Both the position numbers and the translations under genes were made by a program. 64,000 nt of DNA from Octopus vulgaris. Lineage: Eukaryota. Of this stretch, positions 29,299 through 44,263 are shown in pieces. How positions within the stretch are numbered: the stretch's first letter is position 1; each line of letters opens with the position of its first letter. The DNA lies in NCBI GenBank assembly GCA_951406725.2, contig OX597817.1:82026001-82090000 (forward strand). Direction: 5' to 3'. Below the pieces are notes generated by a model. That model had not been told where the DNA came from, made no database searches, and saw only the letters and a program-made list of their open reading frames with translations.

Positions 29299-30751
29299 CC
29301 TTTATACTATCGGCACTTTGTGGAAAGAAGCTAGTCGATGTAATCGACTTCAATGCGTAACTGGTACATATTTCATGAACCACGAAAGGATAAAAGACAA
29401 AGTTGACCTCAGCGGAATTTGAACCCAGAACGTAGAGATGGACGAAATGCTGCTAAGCATGTTGCCCCGCGTGCTAAAGCATCTGCCAGCTCGCCACTTT
29501 AATAATGATAATAATAATAATAAATTTTGGCTCAAATCCAGCAATTTTAAGATCAATCGTTGGTGGGATATAAACTCAGAGTGTGAAAAACAAAACAAAA
29601 ACAAACAAACAAACAAAAAACAACAACAAAACAAGAAACCAAATAAAAAACAAAACAAATATTGCAAGTTAATCTTTCCAGTAATAATAATAATTGTCTG
29701 TTTTTTTTCTCTAACACTGGGGCGCAGAGTTGCAAACTTTAGATGACAAGTATAGTCGGTTACATTGATATTTGGTTTTAGTATTCATTTTAATTGATTC
29801 CTGAAGAATGAAAAGTAATGACCGACCTGGGTGGAATTTGAACTCTGAACATAAAGGGAGTTAACTAAGTACCGCAAAGTATTTTGTCTGATAGTTCTAA
29901 CCTTTCTGCGAAGAATAATAAAGTTTCAAATGTATTTGGTTGAATAAAAAAAACATGACTATTGATACCTGAAGTGTAGGACAAATTTCGTAGATTGTAT
30001 GGGTGGAGCAAGCAGAAAACTTGATGTCAAAGCTTTCACTAAAGTTATTTTTCATGAGGTGATTTCATGTTAGATTTGAAATTGGATCGCTGTCTCGCCT
30101 CATTTGGAAGTTTAAGTCTTGTTTACCACGTCTAACACTCTAAGGTGTTCTGGAGGCCATTTTAAATACTTTCCTATCTACAATTCATGAAATATCGCAT
30201 ACAATCAGAGTTATAAAAGTTAAATAAAAACAAATGAGTCTTGAAATTATTTTAAACCATAGATGAGGGGAAGCTTTGCGTTTTGCCACAAGGGAATAAG
30301 TAAGTAGAAATGTGGTATGTTAAAATCATTGAAGTTTTCTAAGTATTGTAGAATTTTCTGAAACGTGGCATAAAGTGCCTCGCGACAGAGTGCTCGAAAC
30401 ACTTGGAAGAGAGTATTCATATTTTCGTTAACGAAAAAGAATAGCATTTTGGATAAATACCATGAAGAAAATAATGTGAAAATTGATGGTATTATGGGAC
30501 TAATAAGCTATTGCTTTGATTACAACCAGAACATTGATTGAAGTCGTTCCTTCTTTGATCATCACAAGCCATTATGTAACAAAAACTGTAATATTCAATG
30601 TCCCTATTTTAATTATGAGACTGCTTCAGTGTAACTTTAAGGATATTTGGCTTCTAATATTACTAGGTTAACTATCTGCGTCGAGGCTATTTTGATGGCC
30701 CCTCAGAAACTGATGATTAAGAGCAGAAGAAAGAGAAGTTGTTTCACTCAC

Positions 30752-30866
30752 TTTGACTGGCATACCCACAGTCCGGAACCGGCATTTTTACATATACATT
30801 CTGACTGACAGCCATCGGACCATGTTTGGTCTTGGTAGTATTCTTTTCCTTTGTAAACGCATACAT
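30752..30866 (-). CDS. Exon: VWC-like repeat 2, first half
   Basis: tttttcag / gtgagt, phase 1-2. DVCVYKGKEYYQDQTWSDGCQSECICKNAGSGLWVCQSK. Confidence 0.92.
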
Positions 30867-31063
30867 CTGAAAAAAAAAGCAGCAAGGGAGATGTTGAGAT
30901 AAGTTGAATAATTAATTTAATAAATGCAGAAGTGATGATACGATATATATATTTGTATGTGTGTATGTATGTATGCATGTATGTTTTTATGTAAAGTTAT
31001 ACATAAAAACTATTTAACACGAAACAGAAGTATTACTTAATACTTCTTAGTAGGGTAGATATC

Positions 31064-31184
<121 letters not shown>

Positions 31185-31858
31185 ATGTATGTGTGTATTT
31201 ATGCATACATATATATATATATGCGCGTAACATCCTTCACAAGTGTTAAGTACCTATTATTTCCATGGGAAAATGTGATTGTGGTTTCTTGTTGCCTCCC
31301 TTAGTTTATTTTACATGACGCCATCTTGTCGGCTTGGTACAAATGAATTTGCTACATCTCTTTAGGCAATGAGAACGCAAAGAATGAGACCAATTACCAC
31401 GAAGAATTTTTTCCAGACCTTGGTAATTCTGAAAGTTCGCCTTACTTTCACTATAGAAATAACAGCAAGGAAGAAGACGCGGCTGATTCAGTCTGCACTC
31501 TAATTTGAATTTAGTTTACGTTGTTAAGCCAGAAAGATGTTGGTGGTGCTAATAATATTATCAATAATATTTATGATTTATGACATGGAAAAAATTTGAG
31601 GAAGAATGTAGTAGACTAGATAAATTCCAGTACTTGGCTTTCGTTTTCACAACGAAAGTACGAAGGTAAAATAGAGCTGGATGTTTTGCCCATAACTGAA
31701 GGACGAGAAGATCGAAAAGTATCAGATAAAGACTGGGGTGGAACTGTGATTGAAAAGTTAGTCGTAGATCCAAGCTGAGGGAGAAGTTTAGAAAAGAAAG
31801 TTCACAGAGATAAATGCTTTTTTTGTTTTGGTATTTCAAGACAAAAATTACCGCTTAC

Positions 31859-31998
31859 CGACACCGAAACGACTTCCTTTGTGATGTCCAGTCGATGTTG
31901 TGGACTTGCCGCCAAAATCACAAATTGGTTTTTTACAACAGCTTCCAGGAACGTTGACCATTGTGCATTGAGGTGGAATATCATAGTAAACAGGACAT
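31859..31998 (-). CDS. Exon: VWC-like repeat 1, second half
   Basis: ttttag / gtaagc, phase 2-1. CPVYYDIPPQCTMVNVPGSCCKKPICDFGG... Confidence 0.9.
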
Positions 31999-32950
31999 CT
32001 AAAAGTTAAAATGTATGTAATGAAAAGAATCAGCAAAAGCGCCACAGATCACTAACGACGTTAAATAACTACGAATCTTCATTCAGTTACAACTTGTATG
32101 GTTATTTCTTTATGTTAGTTCCTTAGATTTTCTTCGAGACATTCTACGAGTATAATGGTTGATTAGACATAACGTCATTTTTTTTATAAGGTGCAGAAGT
32201 ATGTAAATAGTTGAATCATCGGCAGGCTTTGCAGAATTTCTTTATATTTTCTCCATAAATTATCAATTCAAATTGGAAAGAAGGTAAATCAGGAAAACAT
32301 TTCTTTGAACGAATTACAGACAGATTTATTTAGGTTACAACTAGTTGACTGAATCAGTCTATCATTGGTATTTATTTTGTGACTTCTAAAAAGAAAATAA
32401 GAATAACTTTATTCGATCAAGAGTATTCTGTCTTTTCATTAAAATTATTCCATCACATCTATCAATTTATGTAAAAAGAGAACAAACAAAAGAAAAGTGA
32501 ATAAACATAGATCTCTTCATAATGATTTCTCTGAAGATGCGTTTGCAAGCCGATGACACTCGAATCTTCTCAACATGTCGAAAGAAATAAACTAAAACAT
32601 CTTGACATAAAAATGAAAGTGTGGGCCCATGAAAGGATAAGCTGATATAGTATCAGTTTCGTCATTGTAGCTCTTTATCCTGGTGTGTATACAAAAGAAA
32701 ATCAAACAGACAACGACTTCCTATTCAAAATGGAAGGATTCCAAAGCCAGCAACTGAATAAATTGATATCATTCAAAATATCATAGGTTTCCTGTTAGAG
32801 ATAAAATATTTCATTGAATTTCTAAATGTTTGTTAAACACAACGAAAGATAAATTCATCTTATTTTCAACACAAAATAGTTTGTTTTATTTTCTAGATTG
32901 CTTTACAAAGGAATTTTTTTCTATCATTTAAGACTATTTTCTCTCTCTCT

Positions 32951-33057
<107 letters not shown>

Positions 33058-33555
33058 TGTATGTATGTATGTATGTATGTATGTATATATAACAATATTC
33101 ATCAAAGATGTGTTAGATCATCAACACTATCGTCTGCAACCAAACTATCCGTTTTCTGCAAACGGCAAATGTTTGCAAGCCGCAAGTATACATGAAATCT
33201 CATATATATGCATATAAATATATATGTATGTATGTATGTATATATATATATACATATATATATATATACACATATATATATACATATATATATATACATA
33301 TATATATATATACACATATATATATACATATATATATATATATACACACACACACATACATACATACATATAAGTGTGTGTATACGCGTGCGTATAAATA
33401 CACGAGTGTCTGTGTGGTAAGAAGCTTGCTTACCAGCCACATGCTTCCGGGTTCAGTCCAACTGCGTGGAACCTTGGGCAAGAGTCTGCTACTATAACCT
33501 TGGGCAACTAAAGCCTTGTGAATAGATTTGGTAGAAGGAAACTGAAGGAGGCCCG

Positions 33556-33586
<31 letters not shown>

Positions 33587-33731
33587 GGTGCAATGTAATG
33601 CCATACAGGAAAAAGTTAATCGTGAATGAGTGAGAGTAAGGGTGCAGAAATAAGGGTTAAAATTCTCTTAACGCTGTAAGAAGAGCGCAGTACATACATA
33701 TACTGCTTCCAGAGTCAGCAGACTATATATA

Positions 33732-33796
<65 letters not shown>

Positions 33797-33978
33797 TTAG
33801 AGAATATGATTCCAAACTTACAGGGAAAAATTCAATTTAGTAATACTAAATCCAATTTAACAATACATAATATATGTAAATATATTAGAGAAGAACCACC
33901 ATGTAGTAATTCAGCAATAATATAATTTATATCATACTAATACTATATAGAAAAAAAATTAAATATACGATAAAATAT

Positions 33979-34099
<121 letters not shown>

Positions 34100-35053
34100 A
34101 CTTCTTATATATGCATAAATTATATATAGGCCAGGGAAATTACAGAAATGTTTCTACCAGTGACTAGCATGCATAAAATAGTCAATAGACAACATGTTTT
34201 TTTATATAAAATTAGTGTACATTTATACACTAATTATACCCTATATATATTATAAAAATTTGGAAAGCTATTGATTACACAGTATGATTACACAGTATGG
34301 AGTGGTGTATCGCTCAGGAGTCTCTGAACTAAGCACTAGAAAATGTAAAAAACTCCTCCAAGTATGGAACGCACTCGTTATGGAACAGGATTTTCATACT
34401 GAAGCGCATAAAGACTGAAGCTTTGCGAATGGTATGCGAAAATGCAATACTTGCAGTAACTAGACTTACGATTCTTCAATTCAGCTGGAAACAACTTATT
34501 AGTGTAATGGTTTAATCTGTCAAGTTTTAGCATTTAGTGTAATCACTTACAAAAAGGTTTAATCAGTCAAAATTTTAGCATTAAAAAAGTTTAATCAGTT
34601 TTGCATTCATAACAGATTACATTTAAAACTGATCTGCATACAAACGTGTATCCGTCAAATTGTTGCATTGCCAAACCTCACTTTGTTCTTAATTAGTTAC
34701 AGATAATTTTACTTAGTATCATCATAATATGCTTTTAAGACACTGTAGTTCTGATTAGGATCGAACCACGGATAATTCCAGTATATTGATGGATCCATAT
34801 TCTGTTCCATCGTTTGATAAAATTGCTATGTTGAATTATGCAGCCAAACAACATTATTCTTTCATATTTAAGCACAATGGTTTTGATTTCAACACAATTG
34901 ATTGAATACACGTTTTTAAACAGCAAAATCCAAATTCAAGAAAGAGTTTATACATAAACACGTACACAAACATGCAGGCATGCATGTATGATGCATGTAT
35001 ATATTTATCTATATACGTATTTATGGATGTTTCTATGGATGTCTGTCTGTCTG

Positions 35054-35125
<72 letters not shown>

Positions 35126-35126
35126 A

Positions 35127-35256
<130 letters not shown>

Positions 35257-35436
35257 AATATGTACGCATGAATGTATATACATAGACAGAGATACACACT
35301 TATAGATGCAAACATATATGTTTGTAAACCTATTTGTGTTTGTGAGTGTATGTGTGGATGTATGTCTGTAAACGTCGCTACAGTTTCTCCCGATATACAG
35401 GAATATATAACAGTATACATGTTAAAGACAACTCAC

Positions 35437-35554
35437 CGGCTCCAGCATGAAAATATGCCTCTCAATGCATCGAGGCATGAACATTCGTATTCGCAGCCAT
35501 CCTTCCATGTTTCCCCAGTTGCAAATCTCTTCCCTTTGTACAGGCAGAAGTGCA
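35437..35554 (-). CDS. Exon: VWC-like repeat 1, first half
   Basis: ctccag / gtgagt, phase 1-2. VHFCLYKGKRFATGETWKDGCEYECSCLDALRGIFSCWSR. Confidence 0.9.
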
Positions 35555-35666
35555 CTGGAGTGCAGCAAATGCGCAACAGAATAAAACAAACGGAAGAAAA
35601 TGCATTCAGAGAAAGATTTCAAGTTTCAATCTGTATAATGTCTTTCATCTATTCATGCAATACAAG

Positions 35667-35728
<62 letters not shown>

Positions 35729-35801
35729 CAACATGTATACAGACATTCATGTATATGTACATGTATCGTGCATGTGTATATATACGAGTACATACATAAA
35801 T

Positions 35802-35832
<31 letters not shown>

Positions 35833-36489
35833 ATATATGCATATTTATATATATGTACCCGTAATGTATGCATATTATATATATATATATATATGTATAT
35901 TTTCCACACAAACGTACAAATATAATGGTATATATACATGCATAACATACGCATATATACATGTATATACATACCACCCAAATATGTAACGCATATATAA
36001 GTTTATGCATTGCATATATATATATATATATATATTATTTCATGCATATTTGCATACATACATGTACTTACTATATATGTACATATGCGTGTATGTATAT
36101 GCTTATATAATAAAATACAACGTATATTACTGCTTCACAAACTTGGAATTTATATAAAGAAACAAGTTTCAAGAATAATTTTTTGCCTACTTGTAATGAG
36201 ATCAACAGTCTGAATATCTTGGATTATTTATTTAGACAGTCTTATATTTTGAGCATCTACTGAGGAATGTCTTTGTGGTTAAGGCATTAATTTAGCAATT
36301 ACGTGGTTCCTGGTTCGATTCCACTGCGTGATTTTTTTTTGTTAAGTTATCCCTTCTAGAATGATTTCTATCTGTCTATGTATGTATGTATGTATGTATG
36401 TATGTATGTATGTATGTATGTATGCATGTATGTATGTATGTATGCATGTATGTATGTATGTATGTATGTATCTATCTATCTATCTATAA

Positions 36490-36531
<42 letters not shown>

Positions 36532-38330
36532 AATGTGGAGGCGCAATGGCCCAGTGGTTAGGGTAGTGGACTCGCGGTTTCGATTCCCAGATTTAGGTAT
36601 TGAGCGAAAATACCTAAATTCTCACAAGGCTCCGGCAGTGGGGGGGGGGAGGTGATCCCAGCTGTACTCTTTCACCACAACTTTCTCTCACTCTTTCTTC
36701 TGTTGGCCTGCTCGCTTAGCCAGCGGGTTGGCGTCATTGAAGGCTAAAACAATGCGAAGCGCATTGTGACCAGCGATGTGTAGCAACATCTGATGGCCTG
36801 GTCGGTCACGTGATCACGTGATATATGTATACTAAATATGATAAACACACACACACACATATACGTATTGTCTGCAGACTTGTGCGTCTGTGTGTAGTAA
36901 CAATAACAATAAGACGGAAATGGTCGTTTAGGCATGGACCACCTCTTGTAAGCTATGAAATCTAGAGTTAAAGGAGTTTCAACGTGTTAAAATATGCGTA
37001 CTTAACCCCATAGAACAACTCATCTGGATGCACTAGTCATTGTAACGATCACGGAAATAGTAAGCAATGCAATGAAAAAGAACTAGCGCCAATAGTTTCC
37101 ATTTCATTTCTCATGTATACATGATTTTTCTCTCTCCGTGTGATCACTCATCCTTTTCCCCTTTGCTCTTACTTTCTTTCCTTCTCCATCTCTTATTCTT
37201 CATGCTACCGATTTCTATTGCCACTTAATTTTTCTTGCCTCTCCTTATGTATTTCTCTCTCTCTTTCTTTTCACTTTCCCATTTTCTCTTTCGTCATGCA
37301 TTTATTCTCATATCCCACTCTAGCTACTATTGCTAAACCAATCTCATCATGTTTTCCCTTCACAGTTTCTCCGTGAACGTTGTCCCTCTCGCATGTCCTT
37401 AAACCTCTAGCAATCTTTCTGTTAGTATTCCGACAAAAGTCTTTTCTAACTTTCATTTTCACGAGCATTCTTTCTGTACGACTATTTTATCTGCTCAGTT
37501 GTTAGACTCGTCTGTTGTACTTTAAATCTTTTTATTCTATTTTTTCTACTATCTCAGTGAGGTATGCAATAACTGGTTGTAATAAAACCCACGGTTGTAG
37601 TAAAAGGAAATTAAGCCCCTTCATACCTGAAACTATATTGAGTGTAGCTAGACCTCATAGCCAACGAAAAGCTTTCCATGCGCTTGCGTAATGGCCATTT
37701 CCGTCAACCATTTTTGTTGTTCCATTTTAATACACTACATACCTCCCCGACGCACATAGTACCCTTCTCATTGACCATACATAAATACCCTCCCACACAT
37801 ACAACGCACTGAGTTCAGATAATCTAAACCCGAGAAAAAGATTCTGAGTGGTGGTCGTAGAAGTTGGTGTACAACCCACTAACCGACTCTCTTCCTCTTT
37901 GTGTCCACTGTCCTCCTCGATAAATTATGAGAGTGTGACGATATGAGACCACGGCATACTCTTCAATTATATCCTATGTAGATCAGAAAGCTGTTCAACG
38001 CTAAACATTGTGATTTTCCAATCTAAAACATTATGAATAAATCTAATTAGTTATCCTCGTTTCGAAGTCTATTCAAAATTAAAAACCTATATGAACCATT
38101 CTTCCCTTCGGTATAAATAATAATCCCTCCATTCTTTCTCGTGCCTCATCAGACATATGCTAAAATATCTTCACAGGCGACCATAACTTATATGATGTGA
38201 CGAAAATAATATTTAAGCAATTGATATTCAAACGTGATAGGAATGGGAGCCAATAGCCAATAGCGATAATAAACATTACTTTCAAAAGAAACAAGGGAGA
38301 GAACTTTGACAATTTCCTTGTTTAACTTAC

Positions 38331-38354
38331 CTCTATCACCAATTGTTCGATTTC
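38331..38354 (-). CDS. Microexon (24 nt), linker GNRTIGDR
   Basis: ctttctctctttgcag acceptor and gtaagt donor; phase 1-1; contains an N-R-T sequon. Confidence 0.75.
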
Positions 38355-39172
38355 CTGCAAAGAGAGAAAGTAGAAGTAAATTTGAATGTCATAGCAGCGA
38401 ATCATAAAGGTAAAAAAATGTGAGAAGATAATGTATCTACCCAACCCATCTAGTTTGACATGCAGGGCAAGTGTCAGAACTCACACCTTTCTACTAATGC
38501 CGAATTACTACATCTATTATCTATGTAAAATAAAATAGAATTCATACGCACACATATACATACATACATGCATATATATATATATATATATATATTCACT
38601 TGCACACACGCCCGTGTACACACACGTGCTCGCACGCACACACGCACAACACGCACAATAAAAAACAAAAACATTTTTATGTGTTTAATTTCAATGCGTT
38701 CTTGCAAATTCGAACCGTGAGTATCTGACTTGTGTTGTTTTCAGGCCCTTTCTGCCAGAACGTATTGAAAATGAATATGTTATTGCGTTGAATCTAGGAT
38801 ATAATATATATCATATACACTCACACAAGAACACATTTTTATACCACGTCGAGTTATTTTTCATAGCTCATTTATATTTCATTTGTGCTTATCACTTTGG
38901 TCATAATTGCCTTTTACTCTTTTTCAATATTTCCCTTTATTGTTGGATATTGTAAGAAGTGTCACCGTGCTGATGACGCTTATTGATGCAAAAACACATG
39001 CTGTGTGCCTGTCACTTTCCTTAATAGCATGTCAGCTTTGAAGAACTCCTGATTCACGAGCGAGATTCACGATATCATGAGTAACTGATTCTAATTGCCA
39101 TTTGGTAATTGTGACAGCAGGTTTTGATAGCATAAACATAAAGACCGACAGGGATCCGCAAACACGTGCACA

Positions 39173-39217
<45 letters not shown>

Positions 39218-39346
39218 ATATGTATCTGTATGTAGCCACACAGCTATACCACAGTTTATCTTATACTGTACGTATGAATTCATGTATGTATGTATGTATG
39301 TATGTATGTATGTATGTATGTATGTGTGTATGTATGTATGTATGTA

Positions 39347-39379
<33 letters not shown>

Positions 39380-39479
39380 ATGTATCTAGCTAGCTATACA
39401 CGCACATACATGTATTCATTTATCTGCATCACACAGACAAGGCTATTTCACATCTAGGTACTATGTAGCTATATGTATG

Positions 39480-40044
39480 TCTCTTCTATTTTTTAATTAC
39501 TATAAATCTTCCACTCAGTAGGGAGCTGGTTTCCAACAAACATACAAGGCTCCATCTTTGGGATGTAGTTAACAAAGATAAATTCACATTTGGAACTTAA
39601 GAACAGTCTCGCACATTTTTACTGTTCCACTCACAGATTGCACTTATAATGTACGAATCAGCCGGTCAAATTCTCTTTCTGAAAATTCCAGTTCATTCAG
39701 ATTCTCCTTCAAGCATTTACTAACAAAACCTAGTGCTCCAATTATTATTGGTATCAATATGAATTCATAGTCTGGATATAGAAGCTGGAGGTTTCGAAGC
39801 ACTTGTCTATAAATAGCCTCTTTTTCTTTGATTTTCAAAGAGATATTTATATCTGCAGGACAGCTAACCTCTACGATGGTACATACTTTTGCCATCTTTT
39901 CCAAACAACAATATCCGGCCTGTTATGCTTACATTTGAAGGAAGTTCTGATGGGAATATTCCACCAGTATTCCTTGAGTTGGTGTTTATGAATGTATTCC
40001 ATAACATAGGGATTTTCTAAGTTTATTTCAGGACAGTCTTTTTT
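39480..40044 (-). mobile_element. R4-like RLE 3' fragment
   Basis: EYWWNIP..CKHNRPDIVVW / CTIVEVSCPADINI..K..EK..IPIIIGALG (PD-(D/E)xK-type RLE). Confidence 0.85.
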
Positions 40045-40588
40045 CCAAGCTAACATGGCAGTCCAGAAAAATAGGACGAATGCTGCCATCGATTAGCTCC
40101 AAGAGGCCACCGCCTCTAGCTAGCTATGTGACACACAAACCTGTGTCCATTATAACCTTCGAACAGGGGAGGTCAGCAGCTTTCCCTTGCTGGTCTGGCA
40201 TCCATGTTAGCTTGGCAATAACTATTAATATCCAGTACCACTGCCGTAGTCTCCTTTAGAGAGAATTAGAAATAATGATATTTCTATTTTTGAAAACCTG
40301 TGGATGTATTCCACTAAATTTAGGTAAATAATCCTTCGAACAGTCGGTTAGCGGTGACGCCTGCAGGGTTCGGCTACTCCACATTGATAAGAGGCAACCA
40401 CCCCGAAACTAGTCTGTGGATGCCAGACAAGCAAGGAGAAGCTTCTGAGCTCCCCTGTTCGAAGGTTATAACGGACACAGGTTCGTGTGTCACATTGCTA
40501 GCTAGAGGCGATGGCCTCTTGGAGCTAATCAACGGCAGCATTCGTCCTATTTTTCTGGACTGCGATGTTAGCTTGGCGATAACTATTA

Positions 40589-40591
<3 letters not shown>
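40045..40591 (+). mobile_element. Penelope-like pseudo-LTR relic: inverted repeat plus degenerate hammerhead
   Basis: 40045-40204 is the reverse complement of 40417-40576; hammerhead at 40378-40420; ends in (TA)n. Confidence 0.6.
40378..40420 (+). ncRNA. Degenerate type-I hammerhead ribozyme motif
   Basis: TCCACA-TTGATAA-GAGG(CAACCA)CCCC-GAAA-CTAG-TC-TGTGGA. Perfect 6-bp stem I and palindromic ACTAGT; the core differs from CTGATGA by two transitions. Confidence 0.65.
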
Positions 40592-40621
<30 letters not shown>

Positions 40622-41885
40622 TTCGACGGGTTTCTTTCAATTTCCGCCTACCAAATCCACTCACAAGGCTTTGGTCGGTCCGAGGCTATAGTAGAAGACA
40701 CTTGCCCAAGGTGCCACGCAGTGGGACTGAACTAGGAACCATGTGGCTGGTAAGCAAGCTACTTACCACGCAGCCACTTCTGCGCCTATAAACAACCACC
40801 TCTACGCTATATAGCCACTCCTGCGCCTATATATTATATACACATTCATGCAAGAACATATGTATATATCCACATTATACAGAGCTGACCATGTCCATCT
40901 CTTTCTCTGTAGACACATGTATGTGTGTGTGTATGTATGTATGTATGTATGTATGTATGTATGTATGTATGTATGTATGTATGTATGTATGTATCTGTCT
41001 GTCTGTCTGTCTATCTGTCTATCTATACAACATTACACCGTTGGACACCTAAATATATAAGACGTCAGAAGCACAGGTGGATAAAGAGAATTAAAAGCAA
41101 CATTTTATTCACTACTTCATTAAAACAATTTAGCCCATAGTTATGGAGAACGTTGCACTGCTGTAGACCATTGAAGGTCACCGTTAGTGGTCATTGTTCT
41201 TTATTTATGTGACAGTAAAAAGGTGTCAACAGTTAATATTTTATAAAACCGTATTAAATATATTCACACTATATTAAATTTATCTGGGATAAAGATAACG
41301 ATGCTCACCTCAAGACATCATAGCAAACACTGTCTGCCTCTTTTCTACCTACCTACCTACCTACCTACCTACCTACCTACCTACCTACCTACCTACCTAT
41401 CTATCTATCTACCTCTTTATCACTCTCTCTCTCTTACTCTCTCCCCCCTCTCTCTCTATCATCTACACTGCAAGCGCTGTAGCGTAGACAAAATTAAGCA
41501 TGGAACTAAGAAATGATTATTTTAATATGCATATATGTGTGTGTATGTATGTGTGTGTGTGTGTGTGAGTACACATATTACGGTGTCGACTTGACTATCG
41601 GATGTTATATAACGCTTGTCACAATGTGCGTTCCATTGATTTAGCGTTCGAATGACGAAGTCCTGTTGCATGGGTCAGGGGCAGGTCAAGTGATTGGGAG
41701 ACTTTTCTGTCAGAGGGCCACTTGTTAACAACTGAGTGAGCAGCAACAACGTGGTACAAAGTGCTTTGCTCAAGAACACAACGTGCCGCACGTTCCGGGA
41801 ATCGAACCCATGATCTAACGGGCATTAGGGCAATACCCTCAACACTAGGCACCTTCACACGCACGCACACACACATACATACGCG

Positions 41886-41917
<32 letters not shown>

Positions 41918-42691
41918 CACAAATCATAAAATGTCAGGAGGAGAATCGTTTGTGTAAACATGTTCTGGTGATCTGACGAGCTGGCTTTCTTTATTTGCAT
42001 TGATTCTAAATATACAATTGTACTGTATAATTCATAGCATGCACATTAACACAGGCATGTAAAATATAATTTATTATACACTGAAATTATTATGTGAAGA
42101 GAGATGCGAAACGACAGTAATATTAAAGATATAAAGTGGTTAAATAAATATATTCACCTTCCACACCTCCTGACTTTTAAGGTTTATATACTCATGAAAT
42201 AATTTCGTCGATCGAATCTTCTGGATTACAGATGCATGGAACTCTACACTATACTCCCTTGTATTAGATTACTATGTAATCAGTTAGCCAAGTCAGTTAG
42301 ATGAGCTTTCTGTGAAAGCCACGTGATTCTGTATATACGTATATATAAAGTAAAGAACCTCTTCGGTTACGAATGTGTTTAGGATTGCACCTAAAAGTCC
42401 CCCTCCGAGGCACAGGTCCGAGCAAGGTACTTTGTGGAAGACCAGTAGTTGTTCATGCATGCCAGTCTCCACACCACCGGTGTTGTCCAAGGGAAAGGAC
42501 GATGTAGGTTAGCACCAGGGACAACGCAACTCATTTCTACAACTGAGTGAACTGGTGCAACGTGAAATAAAGAGTACCTTGCTCAAGAACACAATGCACA
42601 GCCGAGTGCGGGAATCGAACTCAGACCATCACAATTGTAAGCCCGATTCTCTAACCACTGAGCCACTTTCCCTATATATATATATATATGC

Positions 42692-43060
42692 ACCTTTTAA
42701 AATAAGAAAATGAAGTAAATGGATACAAATTTACGTACTGTTGTTTATATTTAAAGACATTCAAATTCATACATAGAAATTCCTACCTACAGCTGTTTCC
42801 ATACACAATTAAAGAATTTTATATGGAAACAGCTGTAGGTAGGAATTTCTATGCATGAATTTGAATGTCTTTAAATATAAATATCTGTACGTACTTTTTT
42901 ATCCATTTACTTCATTTTCTTATTTAAAAAGGTTTATTTAAATACCTGTACTTTTCGGTGATAAATTAATATACTTGGTTTTGTCTGAACGCTGGTATAA
43001 ACCGGTGAGCTTGGATGCTCGCATCCCTTAAGGGGCTTTAGTTTATTAAGTAATCAAATA
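42692..43060 (+). mobile_element. Long hairpin element carrying the 3' half of a hammerhead (GAAACAGCTGTA)
   Basis: About 112-bp arms 42692-42803 and 42822-42933 with an 18-nt loop; (TA)n on both sides. Confidence 0.55.
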
Positions 43061-43309
43061 ATATATATATATATATATATATATTAGTTGTGGAGATACC
43101 GTATTTGGTTATGTAAACAAAATATACTACCAAGTTAATTAAAGGCTTTATCTGTTAACGCTGTGTCCTACCGTGTTAGCAGTGCAATTAGATCAAGCTT
43201 TAAAGATATCTCTACAGAGTTTCTAAAGAAATTATAGCCACCACTGAAAATTACATTTCGTGCTGACTGTAATTTCTATACAAAATCTCTTGAGATATCT
43301 TTCAAAAGT

Positions 43310-43435
<126 letters not shown>

Positions 43436-43985
43436 ATCAGTGAATGGAGAAAACTTCAGCACATCAACTGGACCAAATTTATAGCTTATTATTTAATACA
43501 AAAGATGATCTGACGTTTTCTCCATCCTCTGATTATTTATATTTGTTTCCTGATAAACCTTTGTTTATTCTGTTGTTACATGTACTCTACGAGCATAGTG
43601 TGCCTGCATACTCATTCATGCCCAGAGATGACATGGGTAATGGATACTGAAAGTATATACGGATATCTTATACCTTAGTTGGTTATTATAGCCACTAACT
43701 CTGCTTACATATATATATGCATGTGTGTGTGTGTATACTTTTGTAGTGGAGTTCATTCTACGTTTGTGTGTACAGAAATGTTTAATATTATCAATCAACA
43801 GTCCTTACTGCGCCTGTAGGGTATTAAATTAATCTATCATTGCTGATTCGACGCATAAAATTTCTTCAATTCTCTTTTTAGAAATATTGTTTGTTTACAC
43901 TGATATGTGACATATTGTTTTATTTTTTTTTTACGTACAAAGGGAATAAGGTAGAAATCAAGTTATAAATAATTTTAATACAAAC

Positions 43986-44108
43986 CACCAGCACCACAAA
44001 ATCCACAGAAACGAGCACAGTTTTCACGTGACCAAGCAGGATATTCCACACAATTTTCCGTTCCAAGTTTTGCACAAGATGGAGCTTCATCAACACAGTT
44101 TGGCGGAT
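43986..44108 (-). CDS. Exon: ShKT domain 2
   Basis: tctcag acceptor, gtttgt donor (donor position slightly uncertain). [41 protein letters not shown]. Confidence 0.88.
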
Positions 44109-44163
44109 CTGAGAAATGGAAAGAGAAACATTCAAGTCTGCAAGCCTTGATATATATACATAC

Positions 44164-44263
<100 letters not shown>

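Noticed and set aside
36536-36600. tRNA-like sequences here and at other SINE heads
   Set aside because: They have A/B-box-like motifs but no complete cloverleaf and continue into SINE bodies, so they are not tRNA genes.
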